Shown in pieces: positions 29,070 to 32,000 of a DNA stretch of 32,000 bases. The first letter of the stretch is position 1; the number at the start of each line of letters is the position of its first letter. The notes beneath the pieces were generated by a model that worked only from the letters and a program-made list of their open reading frames with translations, had not been told where the DNA came from and searched no databases. Source of the stretch: Paramicrosporidium saccamoebae KSL3 (taxonomy: Eukaryota > Fungi > Cryptomycota); contig MTSL01000097.1 of the NCBI GenBank assembly GCA_002794465.1, forward strand, positions 1 through 32,000. Direction: 5' to 3'. The position numbers and the translations under genes were made by a program.

Positions 29070-29969
29070 TTATCGCTTCTTATAAAGACAAGGCTTGAGG
29101 ATGGGCTTTAGGCGCTTTGCATCAATTTTTGCCTTGGAATGTTTCTTTGCATAAAGTGATATGAACACTGCGTTTGATGTATCCCTTTCAAATGTGGAAA
29201 AACCCGCCGTTTGTAGAGATTTAACAAACTCATCTAGTCCATGCTTCCCATCAAACCGACTTGCAACTTCAGAGATCCACAACTCTCCATTTGCTCTCAA
29301 AATTCGATTTGCCTCGGCCAAAGCGGCAGTATAGTCCGTATTCATTAGCGATAGACAAAAAATGACCACATCCACCGAAGAATCCTCTAGGGGCACGTCT
29401 GTCATGCTCGCCACTGTGACAAACTCGCTCACGGCGGCCAAATCAAAGGAATGCACCACAGCGCGCTTATGTAGTGTTTCGGCAATCTTTGCCTCTCCAC
29501 ATCCCAGATCTGCAATGAGCAGCTTCTCATTATTCAGACGTTTGTTGAGCCGGTCAATAAAGAGATCGACTGGATTAACGGGCCAAGCTTTTGTCTGTTC
29601 CCGGAATCCGACATGGTAGTGGGCAAAGTCGGTCGGATGCTGGCGAAAGTAGGAGAGAGCTTCGTTGCTAGAACTTTCGTAGAGTTTCTGGTTGAGGAAG
29701 CGAAAACGAGCACCGCTTAGTTTACTTTCCTCTTTTGATTTTCCCTTGGTCTGAGGAAGCTCTACTATTTTGTGTTGTACAGGCTCTACGGACCTACTCT
29801 TCTTTGCAGGATTCGATTTTTCTCTTTCTACCTTTTCTTTTCTCTTGGGTATATTTGTCGGCCGAGGAGCTGCATCAGGCTGTGACTCCTTAACAGTCTT
29901 CTTAGCTCCTTTCTTTTTGGCATCCACCACCGGTTCTCCTAGATTCCAGGATGGGACATTAAAGAACAT
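29070..29969 (-). CDS. RRP8: 25S rRNA adenine-N1 methyltransferase RRP8/nucleomethylin, 299 aa
   Basis: LSGARFRFLNQKLY, YHVGFREQ..WPVNP, ADLGCGEA, VHSFDL, IFCLSLM, WISEVASRF, C-terminal CLYKKR. Confidence 0.95.
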   Translation of the reverse strand: MFFNVPSWNLGEPVVDAKKKGAKKTVKESQPDAAPRPTNIPKRKEKVEREKSNPAKKSRSVEPVQHKIVELPQTKGKSKEESKLSGARFRFLNQKLYESSSNEALSYFRQHPTDFAHYHVGFREQTKAWPVNPVDLFIDRLNKRLNNEKLLIADLGCGEAKIAETLHKRAVVHSFDLAAVSEFVTVASMTDVPLEDSSVDVVIFCLSLMNTDYTAALAEANRILRANGELWISEVASRFDGKHGLDEFVKSLQTAGFSTFERDTSNAVFISLYAKKHSKAKIDAKRLKPILKPCLYKKR

Positions 29970-30130
29970 ACTCTCGCAAGCCCCGGGAACTGTAGTTCCA
30001 CCTTATGACCTTGGATGTTTAACTATAATAGAAGCTCTTTGCTGGAAACTTTACATCTTATATATATGAGTGAATTCTGCATGAGACCAAAGTGCTGCCA
30101 AAATTTCATATCGGTGGTAGCAAAAAAGAT

Positions 30131-30212
30131 CGACACCGGTGAGATTCGAACTCACGCGCCCAAAGGGCACCAGCTTAGCAGGCTGGCGTGTTAACCACTC
30201 CACCACAGTGTC
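30131..30212 (-). tRNA. tRNA-Ser(GCU), long variable arm
   Basis: Acceptor GACACTG/CGGTGTC, anticodon stem CCAGC/GCTGG with loop CT-GCT-AA, GTTCGAATC T-loop, T6 terminator. Confidence 0.97.
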
Positions 30213-30263
30213 AGCTGGATAGCTGTGGCACAAATAAATATCTAAGTATTATTATGTTGACGA

Positions 30264-30764
30264 ATGAGACTTTATTGGCTTGCATGCATGTTGCAGGCCA
30301 TCTCCGTGACGGCCAAGCGCAAGACACCAGAGAACAAGCCCGATAGTGATGTAGTTTACGGTGCATGTGCCCCTATCGGTCCTCTGAGCAACTCTTTCAC
30401 CGCCAAGCTCAGACTTCCCGGCTTTCCATTTGAATTTCCGCCCATCCTACCTGGAACACGCGATCGGTACCTAATCTTCCCTGCCCCCGATACAGTTGCC
30501 GATCACGAGGCGAGCGTCAGACGGTGTGCCGCTTATAAGGGGAGACTTGTAGATTTGCAGACTCCCGCAGAGATGGAAATTCTGGCATGTGCCATTGGGA
30601 CACCAAGTTTTGTTGGAAGCTGGTTCGAAGGTGGAAATCAGACACAGTGCAACGTGCTCTACCCTGGGGGAGTATTGTCCATGGCTGAAGATAACTGCAA
30701 AGGATATTTTGGATCCATCTGCAAGGTTCCCGGCTCAATGTTGCTAGACGGCTTTCAAGTGTAG
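30264..30764 (+). CDS. Secreted protein with C-type-lectin-like domain, 166 aa
   Basis: Signal peptide; pattern C..YKGRLVDLQTPAEMEIL...FVG...C...DNC......ICK fits the CTLD core with four Cys. Confidence 0.7.
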   Translation: MRLYWLACMLQAISVTAKRKTPENKPDSDVVYGACAPIGPLSNSFTAKLRLPGFPFEFPPILPGTRDRYLIFPAPDTVADHEASVRRCAAYKGRLVDLQTPAEMEILACAIGTPSFVGSWFEGGNQTQCNVLYPGGVLSMAEDNCKGYFGSICKVPGSMLLDGFQV

Positions 30765-30789
30765 TAGTGTGCAAATAAACACCAAAAAG

Positions 30790-30861
30790 TTCCGCATCGG
30801 GGAATCGAACCCCGGCCTTCTCGGTGAGAGCGAGAGATCCTAGCCACTAGACCAATGCGGA
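30790..30861 (-). tRNA. tRNA-Glu(CUC)
   Basis: Acceptor TCCGCAT/ATGCGGA, anticodon stem TCTCG/CGAGA with loop CT-CTC-AC, GGTTCGATTCC, T5 terminator. Confidence 0.97.
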
Positions 30862-30881
30862 TACATTTGCAGAGGGTAAAG

Positions 30882-31697
30882 CTATTTATTATTACTAAAA
30901 ATCCACGCTTGAAGAATTGGCTGGGTTGCTGTAGTGTCGGTTGCCCTGATGGCTGACATTTTTGTAGTTGAGAAGAGAGGTCCATGACCAGACCAGAAAA
31001 ACTCGATACGTTGATCTGTATTGAGCTGTTTGCGTACGATTTCACGCAAATGGCCTATGCATACATCAGGGAAATCTGGAACCTCAAACGCTACATCATC
31101 GCCAGTGGACAATCTGATGTTGATGTTCTTTGTGGGAAGGCCTTTGGGAAGAGAAGGCAAATTACAGGTTTCGTCTTTGGCTTCCTGTCCATCAACTAGT
31201 CCATTAGCTGGCGTGGCAAGACAGTAAGGAGGGATGCTGTACCGATAACCCCTTTCATCGTATGCCTCTGTCAGAGTCCCCGTCGGCGTGGTTACTCCCA
31301 CGCAATCCAGGATCATTTTTGCCGTCTCCATGTCCGCCTGTCCCACCGTCACTGCATTCCTCAGTGCCTGCCACACTTCCACTGCTCCGCCATATGCGGG
31401 TGCCGTCTCCCAAAACTCTTCTCTCCTCCTCGTTAGCTGGGCGGCGGTCAAGGGAACTGGCGTTCGCCAGGGAATGGCAATCTTTTGCAGCTCACAATTA
31501 TGAACAGAGGCCCGAACTGAGGTGCATGGCCGAGGATTGGGTGGGAATTGGGAATATTTCTGGCCAAGGGAGTATTGAGCGGGAAAGACACACTCATCTA
31601 GTAGTTGCTGAGAGTCAGCAAGGGTGTTGGCCTGAGCACTGCCTTGGTTCTCATTGTCAGTCTCATCTCCACAGCAGTAGGAAACGCATGCGCCCAT
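30882..31697 (-). CDS. UBTD1: Ubiquitin domain-containing protein UBTD1/2 (DC-UbP) family, ~271 aa
   Basis: MGACVSYCC lipidation-type start; QLTRRREEFWETAPAYGG..EVWQALR, YDERGYRYSIPPYC; C-terminal UBL domain. Symbol is family-level. Confidence 0.88.
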   Translation of the reverse strand: MGACVSYCCGDETDNENQGSAQANTLADSQQLLDECVFPAQYSLGQKYSQFPPNPRPCTSVRASVHNCELQKIAIPWRTPVPLTAAQLTRRREEFWETAPAYGGAVEVWQALRNAVTVGQADMETAKMILDCVGVTTPTGTLTEAYDERGYRYSIPPYCLATPANGLVDGQEAKDETCNLPSLPKGLPTKNINIRLSTGDDVAFEVPDFPDVCIGHLREIVRKQLNTDQRIEFFWSGHGPLFSTTKMSAIRATDTTATQPILQAWIFSNNK

Positions 31698-31728
31698 GAT
31701 TTGATGGAAAACTAAATTATTAACTTTG

Positions 31729-32000
31729 ATGCCTGGTTCGGAGTTTGAATTGGACCAGAAGCTACCGGTGGGCATTCTCGGAGCTACAGGCATTGTTGGG
31801 CAGCGCATGGCTGCCTTACTAGAGGGGCATCCATGGTTTGAGTTAAAGGTCGTTGGTGCATCGAATGCTTCCGTGGGTAAAAGATATGGCAATGTTAAAT
31901 GGCGCATCGACAATCCGTCATTCGTTCCCGATGCAGCCTCTAGACTGGAAGTTGTATCTTGTGACCTTGAGAATTTTCAGAACTGTGCCTGGGTATTTTC
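31729..32000 (+). CDS. HOM2: Aspartate-semialdehyde dehydrogenase, 5' part (truncated by window edge)
   Basis: VGILGATGIVGQR..LLEGHPWFEL..VGAS..SVGKRY, the eukaryotic/archaeal-type ASADH N-terminus; absent from the ORF track. Confidence 0.9.
   Translation, partial: MPGSEFELDQKLPVGILGATGIVGQRMAALLEGHPWFELKVVGASNASVGKRYGNVKWRIDNPSFVPDAASRLEVVSCDLENFQNCAWVF

Noticed and set aside
29984-29996. ACTACAGTTCCCG matching the vertebrate ACTAYRnnnCCCR promoter motif just upstream of RRP8
   Set aside because: Single occurrence; about 0.5 matches are expected by chance in the window.
30756-30768. TCAAGTGTAGTA resembling the U2 snRNA branch-pairing region
   Set aside because: Overlaps the lectin stop codon; flanks lack U2 stem I/IIa and an Sm site.
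31698-31913. 72-codon N-terminal extension of the 343-aa UBTD ORF
   Set aside because: Antisense to HOM2; MGACVSYCC at 31697 is the family-typical start.

Overview
Gene-dense eukaryotic DNA from a fungus-related organism with an extremely compact genome. Ultra-short introns, a retained mitochondrial gene set and many orphan secreted proteins fit an early-diverging lineage such as Rozellomycota or short-branch microsporidia (inference, not established from the sequence). I reconstructed 26 protein-coding genes (2 cut by the window edges) and 2 tRNA genes. Many were split or missed by the ORF track because of 26 GT-AG introns of only 29-38 nt; every spliced model was checked by hand to give an intact frame. 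Housekeeping genes: P2-type Ca-ATPase, THOC5, 14-3-3, COQ1, DBP9, a GATA factor, MRPS9, MVP1/SNX8, MED19-like, RNF4/SLX8-like, Xi-class GST, CEM1, an AGC kinase, LTA4H, AMSH, RRP8, UBTD and HOM2. Eight signal-peptide proteins include a tandem trio of GPI-type surface proteins and a C-type-lectin-like gene between two tRNAs. The top unexplained signal is a ~70-nt bipartite, self-complementary non-coding element present 4 times, in the same orientation and only in intergenic gaps. Also notable: a strongly base-paired 160-nt intergenic region, a cryptic SWSAP1-like gene, GCCAATCA boxes 3-41 nt from start codons, and head-to-head genes only 26-31 nt apart.
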